A stretch of 62,440 bases of DNA, the filler included. It is 16 parts of 16 records of this genome, joined end to end, with 100 filler letters (N's around TTAATTAATTAA, not from the genome) between each part and the next. Parts side by side here need not be neighbours in the genome. Positions count along the whole stretch, not along the records: positions 1 to 3,730 come from SRR11831580_3450; positions 3,831 to 7,119 come from SRR11831580_3457; positions 7,220 to 10,306 come from SRR11831580_3460; positions 10,407 to 14,904 come from SRR11831580_3503; 12 more parts are not named here. One strand, 5' to 3'. This document shows positions 1 to 10,418 of this stretch, one piece after another. Both the position numbers and the translations under genes were made by a program. The notes under the pieces were generated by a model. It saw only the letters and a list, made by a program, of their open reading frames with translations, had not been told where the DNA came from and ran no database searches. How positions within the stretch are numbered: position 1 is the first letter of the stretch; each line of letters starts with the position of its first letter.

Positions 1-44
1 TTGTTCCGCAGCTCCACCAGCGCCTGGCAATATTTATTACTCAT
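1..44 (-). CDS. yfdM: 5' end of phage DNA adenine methyltransferase-like gene (partial)
   Basis: Reverse strand reads MSNKYCQALVELRN from the ATG at 44, overlapping the yfdN stop. Confidence 0.7.
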   Translation of the reverse strand, partial: MSNKYCQALVELRN

Positions 45-538
45 TAAGCCCCCACGTAATTCCCTGAGAGATACCACTCTTCACCTGATGCAGCCCGCTT
101 ACTGCTTTTCCGTAAACACCGTTCACGACGCGCCAGAAAATTGTTTCGTTCTGGCTGGGAGTGGCTTTCACGGAATGCCGCCATCCACACCGTTGCAGCA
201 CGACGGTATAAGCCCCTGGACTCCAGTTCTTCCGCCTGGCGGGTCAGGCACAAAATCACCCGCGGGTCGTTAGTGCCGACATAGAAATTGCGCACAGGTC
301 TGGTTTCACGAACTGGTTGTGGTTCCGGATCCTGCGCTCTCTCAGTCAGGCGCGGGAAATGTCTGTGTGTATCTCCTTCACAACGGTGAGCCACACGCCC
401 ACTCTGACGTAACTTGCTTGCTGACTGCAGAACGCGCTGCCGTGAGTAACCTGCAAAAGCATCCGCAATGTCTCCGGAAGTACAGCCCGGATGGGCTTCA
501 ATGAATTTCTGAACGTCATTCAAAAGACTCATGCTCAC
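44..538 (-). CDS. yfdN: Prophage protein, PerC-like/HTH
   Basis: 164 aa MSMSLLNDVQKFIEAHPG...; C-terminal AEELESRGLYRRAATVW motif. Confidence 0.85.
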   Translation of the reverse strand: MSMSLLNDVQKFIEAHPGCTSGDIADAFAGYSRQRVLQSASKLRQSGRVAHRCEGDTHRHFPRLTERAQDPEPQPVRETRPVRNFYVGTNDPRVILCLTRQAEELESRGLYRRAATVWMAAFRESHSQPERNNFLARRERCLRKSSKRAASGEEWYLSGNYVGA

Positions 539-1242
539 CCCCTGAATCCTGCCGGGATCTGGCTGTAGTCCACATTGTCGTAACTGGCTTTGAAGTACGG
601 GTCTTCGCGTTTTTCTGTGTACGTGCTGACGGACGGCGATAAGCGCAGGGAAAGCTCATCCCATTTTTCCCGCAGCTTCGACGGGCTGAGCACGTTACGG
701 CACCAGAACGGATCGCGGCTGACGCGGCTGTACATCTCGCAGATTTGTTTGTGAGTACGACCATCCTGCACACACATCAGGCGAATTTCGTTTGCCCAGG
801 CTGTCCAGTTCGGTTCTTTGGGACGAACCACCTCGCCGTCACATTCGGCGGCCTGCTCGTACAGGGCGATGATTTTTTTCCAGAGCCACTGTGCGCAGGT
901 CAAATCATCCTGCGTTCCCCACTGGCGCTTTTTAGGGCTGAATACAACCGCATCAGGATGGCGAGTTAAAAAATCCTGTTCATCCGTCTGCGTGTCCGGT
1001 TGCGAAGCGTCCGGACGAGAAGGTTTTTTATCTGACGGATCATGTTTTGATTTTACTGACGGATCCCCGCCAGATTCTGACGGGTGAAAACCCGATTTTT
1101 TGCCAGATTTCGACGCATCAAATTTTGACGGGTCAGATTTTGATGCGTCAGATTTTGACGGGTCAGAGTCTGACAGTTGAGAAAATGCCGCTGCCTGAAG
1201 CTTCGCAACGTTAAGCTGATAAACATTCGACGCATTGCGGTT
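535..1242 (-). pseudogene. yfdO: 5'-truncated phage replication protein
   Basis: The frame of the 535..903 ORF stays open upstream to about 1242 (NRNASNVYQLNVAKLQAAAFSQLSDSDPSKSDASK...) but has no native start or N-terminal domain. Confidence 0.75.
1104..1178. repeat. Five tandem 15-bp repeats (CAGATTTTGACGGGT-like), iteron-like, inside the replication gene
   Basis: Units at 1104, 1119, 1134, 1149 and 1164; an additional copy at 1071-1085. Confidence 0.85.
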
Positions 1243-1260
1243 ATGATGAGGAGCAGCAAA

Positions 1261-1623
1261 ATGGCTAGCGAACGCAGTACTGATGTGCAGGCATTTATCG
1301 GGGAGCTGGACGGCGGCGTATTTGAAACCAAAATCGGCGCAGTTCTCAGTGAAGTCGCTTCCGGTGTGATGAACACGAAAACCAAAGGTAAGGTCTCACT
1401 CAACCTGGAAATCGAACCATTTGATGAGAACCGTCTGAAAATCAAACACAAACTCTCATATGTTCGCCCGACTAACCGTGGGAAAATTTCCGAAGAAGAC
1501 ACCACCGAAACGCCGATGTATGTCAATCGCGGTGGTCGCCTGACTATTCTGCAGGAAGACCAGGGACAATTACTGACTCTTGCCGGTGAGCCTGACGGAA
1601 AACTCCGCGCAGCAGGTCATTAA
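1261..1623 (+). CDS. yfdP: Prophage protein
   Basis: MASERSTDVQAFIGELDGG...; GAGGAG Shine-Dalgarno at about 1248 favours the ATG at 1261. Confidence 0.8.
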   Translation: MASERSTDVQAFIGELDGGVFETKIGAVLSEVASGVMNTKTKGKVSLNLEIEPFDENRLKIKHKLSYVRPTNRGKISEEDTTETPMYVNRGGRLTILQEDQGQLLTLAGEPDGKLRAAGH

Positions 1624-1688
1624 TATCATTCTTAATTAACTAATTATTTATCTCATCACTGAATATCTTAATATAGTGAGGACTTATT

Positions 1689-2513
1689 ATGTCTCAGAAC
1701 TTAGACGCAACCGCAATTAATCAAATCCATGCCCTTATTTCTGCTCAGGGTGTTAATGAAATTATCAGTAAGATTGGTGCCGATGCTGTGGCATTGCCTG
1801 AGAATTTCCGCATTCATGATCTGGAAAAATTTAATTTAAATCGCTTCCGTTTCCGTGGTGCGCTTTCCACTGCCAGCATCGATGACTTTACCCGTTATTC
1901 TAAAGATCTTGCAGATGAAGGCACCCGCTGCTTTATCGATGCTGATAATATGCGTGCCGTCAGTGTGCTTAACCTGGGTACTATTGATGAACCAGGTCAC
2001 GCAGATAACACCGCCACTCTCAAACTGAAAAAGACAGCACCGTTCTCTGCCCTGTTGTCTGTTAACGGCGAGCGTAACTCCCAGAAATCACTGGCAGAAT
2101 GGATTGAAGACTGGGCCGACTACCTTGTGGGCTTTGATGCTAATGGTGACGCCATTCAGGCAACAAAAGCGGCTGCGGCAATCCGTAAAATCACGATTGA
2201 AGCAAACCAGACCGCTGATTTTGAAGATAATGACTTCAGCGGCAAACGCTCCCTGATGGAATCTGTCGAAGCGAAGACCAAAGACATTATGCCAGTGGCA
2301 TTTGAATTTAAATGCGTTCCGTTTGAAGGTCTGAAAGAACGTCCGTTTAAATTACGCCTCAGCATTATCACTGGCGATCGTCCTGTACTGGTTCTGCGCA
2401 TTATTCAGCTGGAAGCGGTGCAGGAAGATATGGCTAACGAATTTCGTGATCTGCTTGTTGAGAAATTCAAAGACAGCAAAGTAGAAACCTTTATTGGTAC
2501 TTTCACCGCCTGA
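1689..2513 (+). CDS. yfdQ: Prophage protein YfdQ (DUF2303 family)
   Basis: 274 aa [16 protein letters not shown]... Confidence 0.85.
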
Positions 2514-2525
2514 TTTCATTACTGC

Positions 2526-2547
2526 AAATGCCCCTGCGGGGGCATTT
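2526..2547 (+). terminator. Hairpin after yfdQ
   Basis: AAATGCCCC-TGCG-GGGGCATTT inverted repeat. Confidence 0.5.
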
Positions 2548-2640
2548 ATGGAAACGTAATTAACTCAATAATCACCGGATGGTGAGGGCTTCCTTTTACC
2601 CAAACTCAGCGCGGTGCAGCGCATATACGTGGAGAACAAA

Positions 2641-3177
2641 ATGTCATTTATTAAAACTTTTTCCGGGAAGCATTTTTATTATGACAAGATAAATAAAGAC
2701 GACATCGTGATTAACGATATCGCGGTTTCCCTTTCAAATATCTGCCGCTTTGCCGGTCATCTTTCTCACTTCTACAGTGTCGCCCAACATGCGGTGCTTT
2801 GCAGCCAGCTGGTGCCGCAGGAATTTGCTTTTGAAGCATTAATGCATGATGCAACAGAAGCGTATTGCCAGGACATCCCCGCACCACTGAAACGCCTTCT
2901 TCCTGACTATAAACGGATGGAAGAAAAAATAGATGCAGTAATCCGTGAGAAATACGGGTTACCTCCTGTTATGAGCACGCCAGTGAAATATGCCGATCTC
3001 ATTATGCTGGCAACCGAACGCCGTGATCTCGGGCTTGATGATGGCTCTTTCTGGCCTGTACTGGAAGGCATCCCGGCAACAGAGATGTTCAACGTGATTC
3101 CACTGGCACCGGGTCATGCCTACGGGATGTTTATGGAACGTTTTAACGATTTATCGGAGTTACGCAAATGCGCATGA
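2641..3177 (+). CDS. yfdR: HD-domain 5'-deoxynucleotidase
   Basis: RFAGH, YSVAQH and LMHDATEAY HD-superfamily motifs. Confidence 0.88.
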   Translation: MSFIKTFSGKHFYYDKINKDDIVINDIAVSLSNICRFAGHLSHFYSVAQHAVLCSQLVPQEFAFEALMHDATEAYCQDIPAPLKRLLPDYKRMEEKIDAVIREKYGLPPVMSTPVKYADLIMLATERRDLGLDDGSFWPVLEGIPATEMFNVIPLAPGHAYGMFMERFNDLSELRKCA

Positions 3178-3530
3178 ATGTTTTCGAAATGGAAGGGTTT
3201 CTTCGCGGGAAATGTGTACCGCGAGATCTGAAAGTGAACGAAACAAATGCTGAGTACCTGGTACGTAAATTCGACGCGCTTGAAGCTAAATGTGCGGCAC
3301 TGGAAAACAAAATAATACCAGTGTCAGCTGAACTGCCACCAGCAAATGAAAGTGTTCTGTTATTTGATGCTAACGGAGAAGGCTGGCTGATTGGCTGGCG
3401 TTCTCTCTGGTACACCTGGGGACAAAAAGAAACCGGAGAATGGCAGTGGACATTTCAGGTTGGGGACCTTGAAAACGTCAATATCACTCACTGGGCAGTA
3501 ATGCCAAAAGCACCGGAGGCTGGAGCATAA
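3168..3530 (+). CDS. yfdS: Prophage protein
   Basis: 120 aa ending ITHWAVMPKAP (Ea/DUF551-like tail); synteny. Confidence 0.75.
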   Translation: MRMNVFEMEGFLRGKCVPRDLKVNETNAEYLVRKFDALEAKCAALENKIIPVSAELPPANESVLLFDANGEGWLIGWRSLWYTWGQKETGEWQWTFQVGDLENVNITHWAVMPKAPEAGA

Positions 3531-3730
3531 TGACCACATTTACCAATAAAGAACTGATTAAAGAAATCAAAGAACGAATCAGCAGCCTAGAGGTTCGAGA
3601 CGATATTGAGCGCCGTGCTTATGAAATCGCACTCGTATCTCTGGAAGTAGAGCCAGATGAACGCGAAGCCTATGAATTATTCATGGAAAAGCGTTTCGGT
3701 GACTTAGTAGATCGTCGGAGAGCAAAAAAC
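3530..3730 (+). CDS. yfdT: Prophage protein (partial)
   Basis: MTTFTNKELIKEIKERI..., cut by the spacer. Confidence 0.75.
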
Positions 3731-3830
3731 NNNNNNNNNNNNNNNNNNNNNNNNNNNNNNNNNNNNNNNNNNNNTTAATTAATTAANNNNNNNNNNNNNN
3801 NNNNNNNNNNNNNNNNNNNNNNNNNNNNNN
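3731..3830. other. Artificial contig spacer, first of 15 (others start at 7120, 10307, 14905, 18639, 21976, 28189, 33018, 35990, 38555, 40777, 47885, 52986, 55308 and 57534)
   Basis: 44 N + TTAATTAATTAA + 44 N each time; the flanking sequences are unrelated loci. Confidence 0.98.
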
Positions 3831-3944
3831 TTCATAAAAATCACCCATCCGGTAAAACAGCAGGATCTCGGGATGCTGGGCTTTCAGCCTGAGATACTGC
3901 TGCATCATGGGCGTATGGGCGTCGAAATTTTCTATTGCACTCAT
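3831..3944 (-). CDS. mutS: DNA mismatch repair protein MutS, N-terminus (partial)
   Basis: Reverse strand reads [38 protein letters not shown]. Confidence 0.95.
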
Positions 3945-4190
3945 GGGGTTATGTCCGGTTCCCTGATATTAAATGGGGTGTGATGGTTTTTATTTTCGTT
4001 GTAATCACATAAGGCGCACATGATACCGGAGTTAATCATTTCAGGGGAAGAAGCGAACGGCGAGTTCTTGATGCTGGTTCCGGGAAAGATGCTGTTTTGC
4101 AGCTTTTGCGTGATGCTTATGAAGCAAGTACGCAAAATTGTATCGGTTGGCTAACCCTTCTTCTTTGGAGTCATAGTGCCCTTTAAGATT

Positions 4191-4213
4191 AAGATGTAAT
4201 ATAAATACATCTT
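4191..4213. promoter_or_regulatory. NsrR operator upstream of ygbA
   Basis: 11-1-11 inverted repeat AAGATGTAATA-T-AAATACATCTT resembling the NsrR consensus. Confidence 0.75.
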
Positions 4214-4230
4214 AATGAGGTGGAGGCAGC

Positions 4231-4584
4231 ATGTCCGGCAAGCGTATCTCTCGTGAAAAACTGACGATTAAAAAAATGATCGATCTTTATCAAGCGAAAT
4301 GCCCGCAGGCGTCAGCGGAGCCGGAGCATTACGAGGCGTTGTTTGTTTACGCGCAAAAGCGGCTGGATAAATGTGTGTTCGGCGAAGAGAAACCAGCCTG
4401 TAAGCAGTGTCCGGTGCACTGTTACCAGCCTGCAAAGCGTGAAGAGATGAAACAGATTATGCGTTGGGCCGGGCCGAGAATGCTGTGGCGTCATCCGATC
4501 TTAACCGTGCGTCATCTCATCGATGACAAGCGTCCGGTGCCAGAACTGCCGGAAAAATATCGTCCGAAAAAACCTCATGAATAG
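4231..4584 (+). CDS. ygbA: Nitrosative-stress-induced protein YgbA
   Basis: 117 aa with KPACKQCPVHCY and MRWAGPRM. Confidence 0.92.
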   Translation: MSGKRISREKLTIKKMIDLYQAKCPQASAEPEHYEALFVYAQKRLDKCVFGEEKPACKQCPVHCYQPAKREEMKQIMRWAGPRMLWRHPILTVRHLIDDKRPVPELPEKYRPKKPHE

Positions 4585-4586
4585 TA

Positions 4587-4612
4587 TGCCGGACAGGCAG
4601 ATCTGTCCGGCA
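4587..4612. terminator. Hairpin between convergent ygbA and fhlA
   Basis: TGCCGGACAG-GCAGAT-CTGTCCGGCA. Confidence 0.6.
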
Positions 4613-4620
4613 ATTTGCAG

Positions 4621-6699
4621 TTAAATCAATGCCGATTTATCAATTCCCAGCCGCTTCATCCGTGACAGCAGGGTCGTGCGTTTCAGCCCCAGACGTTGCG
4701 CAGCGCCTTTAGGCCCGGCAACCACGCCGTTGGTTTCTTTCAGCACGCGCACAATCAACTGATATTCATCTTCGCCCTCCAGGGCGACAACCGTTGCGGC
4801 AGGCGGCGTTTCAGGTTCCGGTAAAACAATATCTGGCAATGACAGCTGCAGCACGTTACCGCGTGTTAGCAATACCGCGCGCTCAATGACGTTTTCCAGT
4901 TCGCGTACGTTACCCGGCCACTCCATGTTGCTCAAGGTGCGCAGCGTCTCGGCAGGAATGCTGTCGATATTGCGCCCCAGACGACGGGCAATTTTGAAGG
5001 TAAAGGCTTTCGCCAGCAGCGGAATATCTTCCGGACGCTCGCGTAGTGGCGGCAGGTGAATCGGGAATACGTTCAGGCGGTAATAGAGATCGCTACGGAA
5101 CTCACGGTCGGCGACCATTTTTTTCAGATCGCGGTTAGTCGCGGCGATTAGACGCACGTCCGTCTGAATGATTTTGTTGCTGCCGAGACGTTCAAACTCC
5201 TGTTCCTGCAATACACGCAGCAACTTCGGCTGTAACTCCAGTGGCATATCGCCCACTTCGTCGAGGAACAGGGAGCTTTTATCCGCCAGTTCAAAACGAC
5301 CGATACGCTGGGCGCTGGCACCGGTAAAAGCCCCACGCTCATGACCAAACAGATCGCTTTCCAGCAATCCGGCAGGCATCGCCGCGCAGTTCATTTTGAC
5401 CATGCGGCGATTATTACGCCCACTGAGATTATGGATCGCACGGGCAATCAGCTCTTTACCCGTGCCAGTTTCACCGAGGATCAGCACGGTACTGTCACTT
5501 TGCGCCACCATTTCAACTTGTTTAAGCACGCTGTACATGGCTTCGCTGCGGCCAATAATCTCGCCAAATTCACTATCAACATTGTTGAGCTGCTCGGTCA
5601 GGGCGAGGTTTTCATCAACCAGCCGTTCTTTCAGACGATGGATTTCCTGATAGGCGAGGGCGTTATCGACAGCGATTGCCACACGTTCGGCAATCTGGCG
5701 CAGTAAATTCAGATTGGTAGTGGTAAACACTTTCTCTTCGCATTGCGCCAGTTTCAGCACGCCCAGCATGGTGTCGCCAGACATCAGCGGTAACAGGCAC
5801 AAGGTTTGAATCTGGTTGCCCCAGGTGTCGAACAACATGCGTTCATAGGGGGCTAAATCGTCCCGCTCGTGGAGATTGATCAGCAGCATCTCTTTACTTT
5901 TGAACACGCGTTCGGTGAGGGTTCCGGCTTCATCGACTTCGCTCTGTTCGTGGGCGGGATGCTGTTTATCAAGATAGTGAGTGGAGTAGATGTTGAGTTT
6001 GTTTTTACGGTGGCTGCGTAAGACGATACTGATATCGTCAATGTCGAAATAGTAATGGATTTCTTTGGCGACTTCGCTGACCAGTTCGTCCATATCCAGG
6101 CGGGAAAGCACCGCGTTGGTGATGGCGACCAGGATGCGGAAGTTATCGCGTTCCCGGCATAACAACTCATAGTCGACATTGTTAACGACGCGGCTCTGGA
6201 TTTGTTCGGTGACGACAGAAACGATCTGCGTAAATGTTTGCAGACGATTGAACTCTTTTTCGCTCCAGGGGCGATCGTCATAACGAATAAATTCACAGCC
6301 ACCAAAAATATGCCCTTCCGCCGCCAGTGGCATCAGGCAATAGTGACCAAATTTTGGGTATAGCCCACCTGCGTCCAGCTGCGGCCAGGTTTCACAAAAT
6401 TCTTCGTAACTGCAATGCAGCGTATCAGGGCGCGACAAAATGCTGCGTACCGGACCGTGTGCCAGAACAGTTTCGTCTTCATATTTAATGGGGGTGTCTT
6501 TTTCACGCGACGCGTAATAAGACGCACGTTGAGTCTGCGCTTGCCACAACACAATAGCCGCGTTGTCGGCGAGCGCAGAACGCTTTACCAGTTGCGAAAG
6601 AGCCTCACACAGCGAGGCCAGATCGGGCTGCTGCAATAGTGTCCGAGTGATGTCGAACAACCCTTGTTGTCCGAGATCACTCATCGGTGTATATGACAT
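4621..6699 (-). CDS. fhlA: Formate hydrogenlyase sigma54 activator
   Basis: MSYTPMSDLGQQ start, GAF domains, GETGTGKE and GAFTGA motifs, C-terminal HTH. Confidence 0.97.
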   Translation of the reverse strand: MSYTPMSDLGQQGLFDITRTLLQQPDLASLCEALSQLVKRSALADNAAIVLWQAQTQRASYYASREKDTPIKYEDETVLAHGPVRSILSRPDTLHCSYEEFCETWPQLDAGGLYPKFGHYCLMPLAAEGHIFGGCEFIRYDDRPWSEKEFNRLQTFTQIVSVVTEQIQSRVVNNVDYELLCRERDNFRILVAITNAVLSRLDMDELVSEVAKEIHYYFDIDDISIVLRSHRKNKLNIYSTHYLDKQHPAHEQSEVDEAGTLTERVFKSKEMLLINLHERDDLAPYERMLFDTWGNQIQTLCLLPLMSGDTMLGVLKLAQCEEKVFTTTNLNLLRQIAERVAIAVDNALAYQEIHRLKERLVDENLALTEQLNNVDSEFGEIIGRSEAMYSVLKQVEMVAQSDSTVLILGETGTGKELIARAIHNLSGRNNRRMVKMNCAAMPAGLLESDLFGHERGAFTGASAQRIGRFELADKSSLFLDEVGDMPLELQPKLLRVLQEQEFERLGSNKIIQTDVRLIAATNRDLKKMVADREFRSDLYYRLNVFPIHLPPLRERPEDIPLLAKAFTFKIARRLGRNIDSIPAETLRTLSNMEWPGNVRELENVIERAVLLTRGNVLQLSLPDIVLPEPETPPAATVVALEGEDEYQLIVRVLKETNGVVAGPKGAAQRLGLKRTTLLSRMKRLGIDKSALI

Positions 6700-6772
6700 T
6701 TTGTTCTTCCAGGAAAGCACCGCAAAGCGGTGCAAAAGGTCATTGACTAACTATAGGAGATTTAGAATTTTA

Positions 6773-7119
6773 TTAGCATATACGCGGAAGCGGTTCGGCG
6801 TGTGGTAAATCGAGGGTTCGTTTCACGCCATACAGACCGGCAAGACGAACACCTTTACGTTCCACCACTTCACCAATCAGCGCCGCGTCTTTCCCCAGTG
6901 GATGGGAATGTAACGCTGCCAGCACTTGCTCTGCCGCGTTGCGTTCAACAGCTATTACTAGTTTGCCTTCGTTGGCAAAGTTCAGGGCGTCCAGTCCCAG
7001 CAATTCGCAAACGCCACGCACGGCAGGTTTAACAGGCAGTGCCGCTTCTGAAAGTTCAATACCACAACCGCAGGCTGCCGCGAACTCATGAACCACCGCG
7101 TTTACACCACCACGGGTGG
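6773..7119 (-). CDS. hypE: Hydrogenase maturation carbamoyl dehydratase, C-terminus (partial)
   Basis: ANEGKLV motif and terminal LPRIC. Confidence 0.95.
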
Positions 7120-7219
7120 NNNNNNNNNNNNNNNNNNNNNNNNNNNNNNNNNNNNNNNNNNNNTTAATTAATTAANNNNNNNNNNNNNNNNNNNNNNNNN
7201 NNNNNNNNNNNNNNNNNNN

Positions 7220-7863
7220 ATACAGAAGAATTACCCTTATTTACTGAGACGACAGCTTACGCGCCAAGCAGCCCTTATTCCGCATCCAAAGCATCCAGCG
7301 ATCATTTAGTCCGCGCGTGGAAACGTACATATGGTTTACCGACAATTGTGACTAATTGCTCGAACAACTATGGTCCTTATCATTTCCCGGAAAAGCTTAT
7401 TCCACTGGTTATTCTTAATGCACTGGAAGGTAAGGCATTACCTATTTATGGCAAAGGAGATCAGATCCGCGACTGGTTGTATGTTGAAGATCATGCGCGT
7501 GCGTTATATACCGTCGTAACCGAAGGTAAAGCGGGTGAAACTTATAACATTGGTGGGCACAACGAAAAGAAAAACATCGATGTAGTGCTCACTATTTGTG
7601 ATTTGCTGGATGAGATTGTACCGAAAGAGAAATCTTATCGTGAGCAAATCACTTATGTTGCTGATCGTCCGGGACACGATCGCCGCTATGCTATTGATGC
7701 TGAGAAGATTGGTCGCGCATTGGGATGGAAACCACAGGAAACGTTTGAGAGCGGGATTCGTAAAACGGTGGAATGGTACCTGTCCAATACAAAATGGGTT
7801 GATAATGTGAAAAGTGGTGCCTATCAATCGTGGATTGAACAGAACTATGAGGGCCGCCAGTAA
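7220..7863 (+). CDS. rfbB: dTDP-glucose 4,6-dehydratase (partial)
   Basis: [22 protein letters not shown] and DRPGHDRRY motifs. Confidence 0.95.
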
Positions 7864-8761
7864 TGAATATCCTCCTTTTTGGCAAAACAGGGCAGGTAGG
7901 TTGGGAACTACAGCGTGCTCTGGCACCTTTGGGTAATTTGATTGCTTTTGATGTTCACTCTACTGATTATTGCGGTGATTTTAGTAATCCTGAAGGTGTA
8001 GCTGAAACCGTAAGAAGCATTCGGCCGGATATTATTGTCAATGCAGCCGCTCACACCGCAGTAGACAAAGCAGAATCAGAACCGGAGTTTGCACAATTAA
8101 TTAACGCAACAAGTGTCGAAGCGATTGCGAAAGCAGCAAATGAAGTTGGAGCCTGGGTTATCCATTACTCGACTGATTACGTCTTCCCTGGAAATGGCGA
8201 TATGCCATGGCTGGAGACGGATGCAACCGCACCACTAAATGTTTACGGTGAAACCAAGTTAGCCGGAGAAAAAGCGTTACAGGAATATTGCGCGAAGCAT
8301 CTTATTTTCCGGACCAGCTGGGTCTATGCAGGAAAAGGAAATAACTTCGCCAAAACGATGTTACGTCTGGCAAAAGAGCGTGAAGAATTAGCGGTTATTA
8401 ACGATCAGTTTGGTGCGCCAACAGGTGCTGAACTGCTGGCTGATTGTACAGCACATGCCATTCGTGTCGCACTGAATAAACCGGATGTCGCAGGCTTGTA
8501 CCATTTGGTAGCCAGTGGTACCACAACCTGGTACGATTATGCTGCGCTGGTTTTTGAAGAGGCGCGCAAAGCAGGCATTCCCTTGCACTCAACAAGCTCA
8601 ACGCAGTACCAACAACAGCCTATCCTACACCAGCTCGTCGTCCACATAACTCTCGCCTTAATACAGAAAAATTTCAGCAGAACTTTGCGCTTGTCTTGCC
8701 TGACTGGCAGGTTGGCGTGAAACGAATGCTCAATGAATTATTTACGACTACAGCAATTTAA
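7863..8761 (+). pseudogene. rfbD: dTDP-4-dehydrorhamnose reductase with a 1-bp frameshift near 8580 (real allele or sequencing error)
   Basis: GKTGQVG and YGETK motifs; the expected tail ALNKLNAVPTTAYPTPARRP...FTTTAI continues in another frame to TAA at 8759-8761 (899 nt total). Confidence 0.85.
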
Positions 8762-8818
8762 TAGTTTTTGCATCTTGTTCGTGATGGTGGAGCAAGATGA
8801 ATTAAAAGGAATGATGAA

Positions 8819-9700
8819 ATGAAAATGCGTAAAGGTATTATTTTAGCGGGTGGTTCTGGTACACGTCTTTATCCTGTGACTATGGCTGTCAGTAAACAGC
8901 TATTACCTATTTATGATAAACCGATGATCTATTACCCGCTCTCTACACTGATGTTGGCGGGTATTCGCGATATTTTGATTATCAGTACACCTCAGGATAC
9001 TCCTCGTTTTCAACAATTGCTGGGTGACGGTAGCCAGTGGGGCCTGAATCTTCAGTACAAAGTGCAACCTAGCCCAGATGGCCTCGCGCAGGCATTTATC
9101 ATCGGTGAAGAGTTTATTGGTGGTGATGATTGTGCTTTGGTTCTTGGTGATAATATCTTTTACGGTCACGATCTGCCGAAGCTAATGGAGGCCGCTGTTA
9201 ACAAAGAAAGTGGTGCAACGGTATTTGCCTATCACGTTAATGATCCAGAACGCTATGGTGTCGTTGAGTTTGATAAAAACGGTACGGCAATCAGTCTGGA
9301 AGAAAAACCGTTAGAACCAAAGAGTAATTACGCCGTTACAGGTCTGTACTTTTATGATAACGACGTGGTTCAGATGGCGAAAAACTTGAAGCCGTCTGCA
9401 CGTGGTGAGTTAGAAATTACAGATATTAACCGTATTTATCTTGAGCAGGGACGTCTGTCTGTCGCGATGATGGGGCGTGGCTACGCGTGGCTGGACACGG
9501 GGACTCATCAGAGTCTGATAGAAGCAAGTAATTTTATTGCGACAATTGAAGAGCGCCAGGGATTGAAGGTTTCCTGTCCTGAAGAGATTGCATTTCGTAA
9601 AGGTTTTATTGATGTTGAGCAAGTAAGAAAATTAGCTGTACCACTAATAAAGAATAATTATGGGCAGTATCTTTATAAAATGACGAAGGATTCAAATTAA
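8819..9700 (+). CDS. rfbA: Glucose-1-phosphate thymidylyltransferase
   Basis: [14 protein letters not shown] motif, 293 aa. Confidence 0.97.
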   Translation: MKMRKGIILAGGSGTRLYPVTMAVSKQLLPIYDKPMIYYPLSTLMLAGIRDILIISTPQDTPRFQQLLGDGSQWGLNLQYKVQPSPDGLAQAFIIGEEFIGGDDCALVLGDNIFYGHDLPKLMEAAVNKESGATVFAYHVNDPERYGVVEFDKNGTAISLEEKPLEPKSNYAVTGLYFYDNDVVQMAKNLKPSARGELEITDINRIYLEQGRLSVAMMGRGYAWLDTGTHQSLIEASNFIATIEERQGLKVSCPEEIAFRKGFIDVEQVRKLAVPLIKNNYGQYLYKMTKDSN

Positions 9701-10257
9701 TGAATGTGATTAGAACTGAAATTGAAGATGTGCTAATTCTGGAGCCAAGAGTATTTGGTGATGATAGAGGTTTCTTTTATGAGAGCTTTAATCAATCAGC
9801 ATTTGAACATATTCTAGGCTATCCGGTCAGCTTTGTTCAAGACAATCACTCACGTTCATCAAAAAATGTACTCAGAGGCCTTCACTTTCAACGCGGCGAG
9901 TACGCACAAGATAAACTTGTACGCTGCACTCATGGAGCAGTTTTTGATGTTGCTGTTGATATTCGACCCAATTCGGTATCCTTTGGTAAATGGGTTGGTG
10001 TTCTGCTTTCAGCTGATAATAAGCAGCAGTTGTGGATACCAAAAGGGTTTGCTCATGGCTTTTTGGTTCTGTCTGATATCGCTGAATTTCAATATAAAAC
10101 TACAAACTATTATCATCCTGAAAGCGATTGTGGAATATGTTGGAATGATGAACGCATTGCAATTGATTGGCCCCAAACATCAGGGTTAATCCTTTCGCCA
10201 AAAGATGAAAGGCTCTTTACGTTAGATGAGCTTATCAGATTAAAATTAATTGCATGA
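9700..10257 (+). CDS. rfbC: dTDP-4-dehydrorhamnose 3,5-epimerase
   Basis: DDRGFFYES, RGLHFQ and GFAHGF motifs. Confidence 0.96.
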   Translation: MNVIRTEIEDVLILEPRVFGDDRGFFYESFNQSAFEHILGYPVSFVQDNHSRSSKNVLRGLHFQRGEYAQDKLVRCTHGAVFDVAVDIRPNSVSFGKWVGVLLSADNKQQLWIPKGFAHGFLVLSDIAEFQYKTTNYYHPESDCGICWNDERIAIDWPQTSGLILSPKDERLFTLDELIRLKLIA

Positions 10258-10306
10258 ATACGAATAAATTATCTTTAAGAAGAAACGTTATATATCTGGC
10301 TGTCGT
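10254..10306 (+). CDS. wzx: O-antigen flippase start (partial)
   Basis: MNTNKLSLRRNVIYLAV overlapping the rfbC stop, as in the K-12 O16 cluster. Confidence 0.7.
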
Positions 10307-10418
10307 NNNNNNNNNNNNNNNNNNNNNNNNNNNNNNNNNNNNNNNNNNNNTTAATTAATTAANNNNNNNNNNNNNNNNNNNNNNNNNNNNNNNNNNNNNN
10401 NNNNNNCAAATGCAGGGG

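Larger units (their letters stand above)
1..3730. mobile_element. Fragment of a defective lambdoid (SfV-like) prophage matching E. coli K-12 CPS-53/KpLE1
   Basis: Gene order and translations match yfdM-yfdN-yfdO (minus) and yfdP-yfdQ-yfdR-yfdS-yfdT (plus). Confidence 0.9.

Noticed and set aside
3775-3786. Recurring TTAATTAATTAA flanked by N as a possible repeat or CRISPR-like array
   Set aside because: It is an identical artificial six-frame stop linker between contigs; ORFs ending in X...LIN are artefacts of it.
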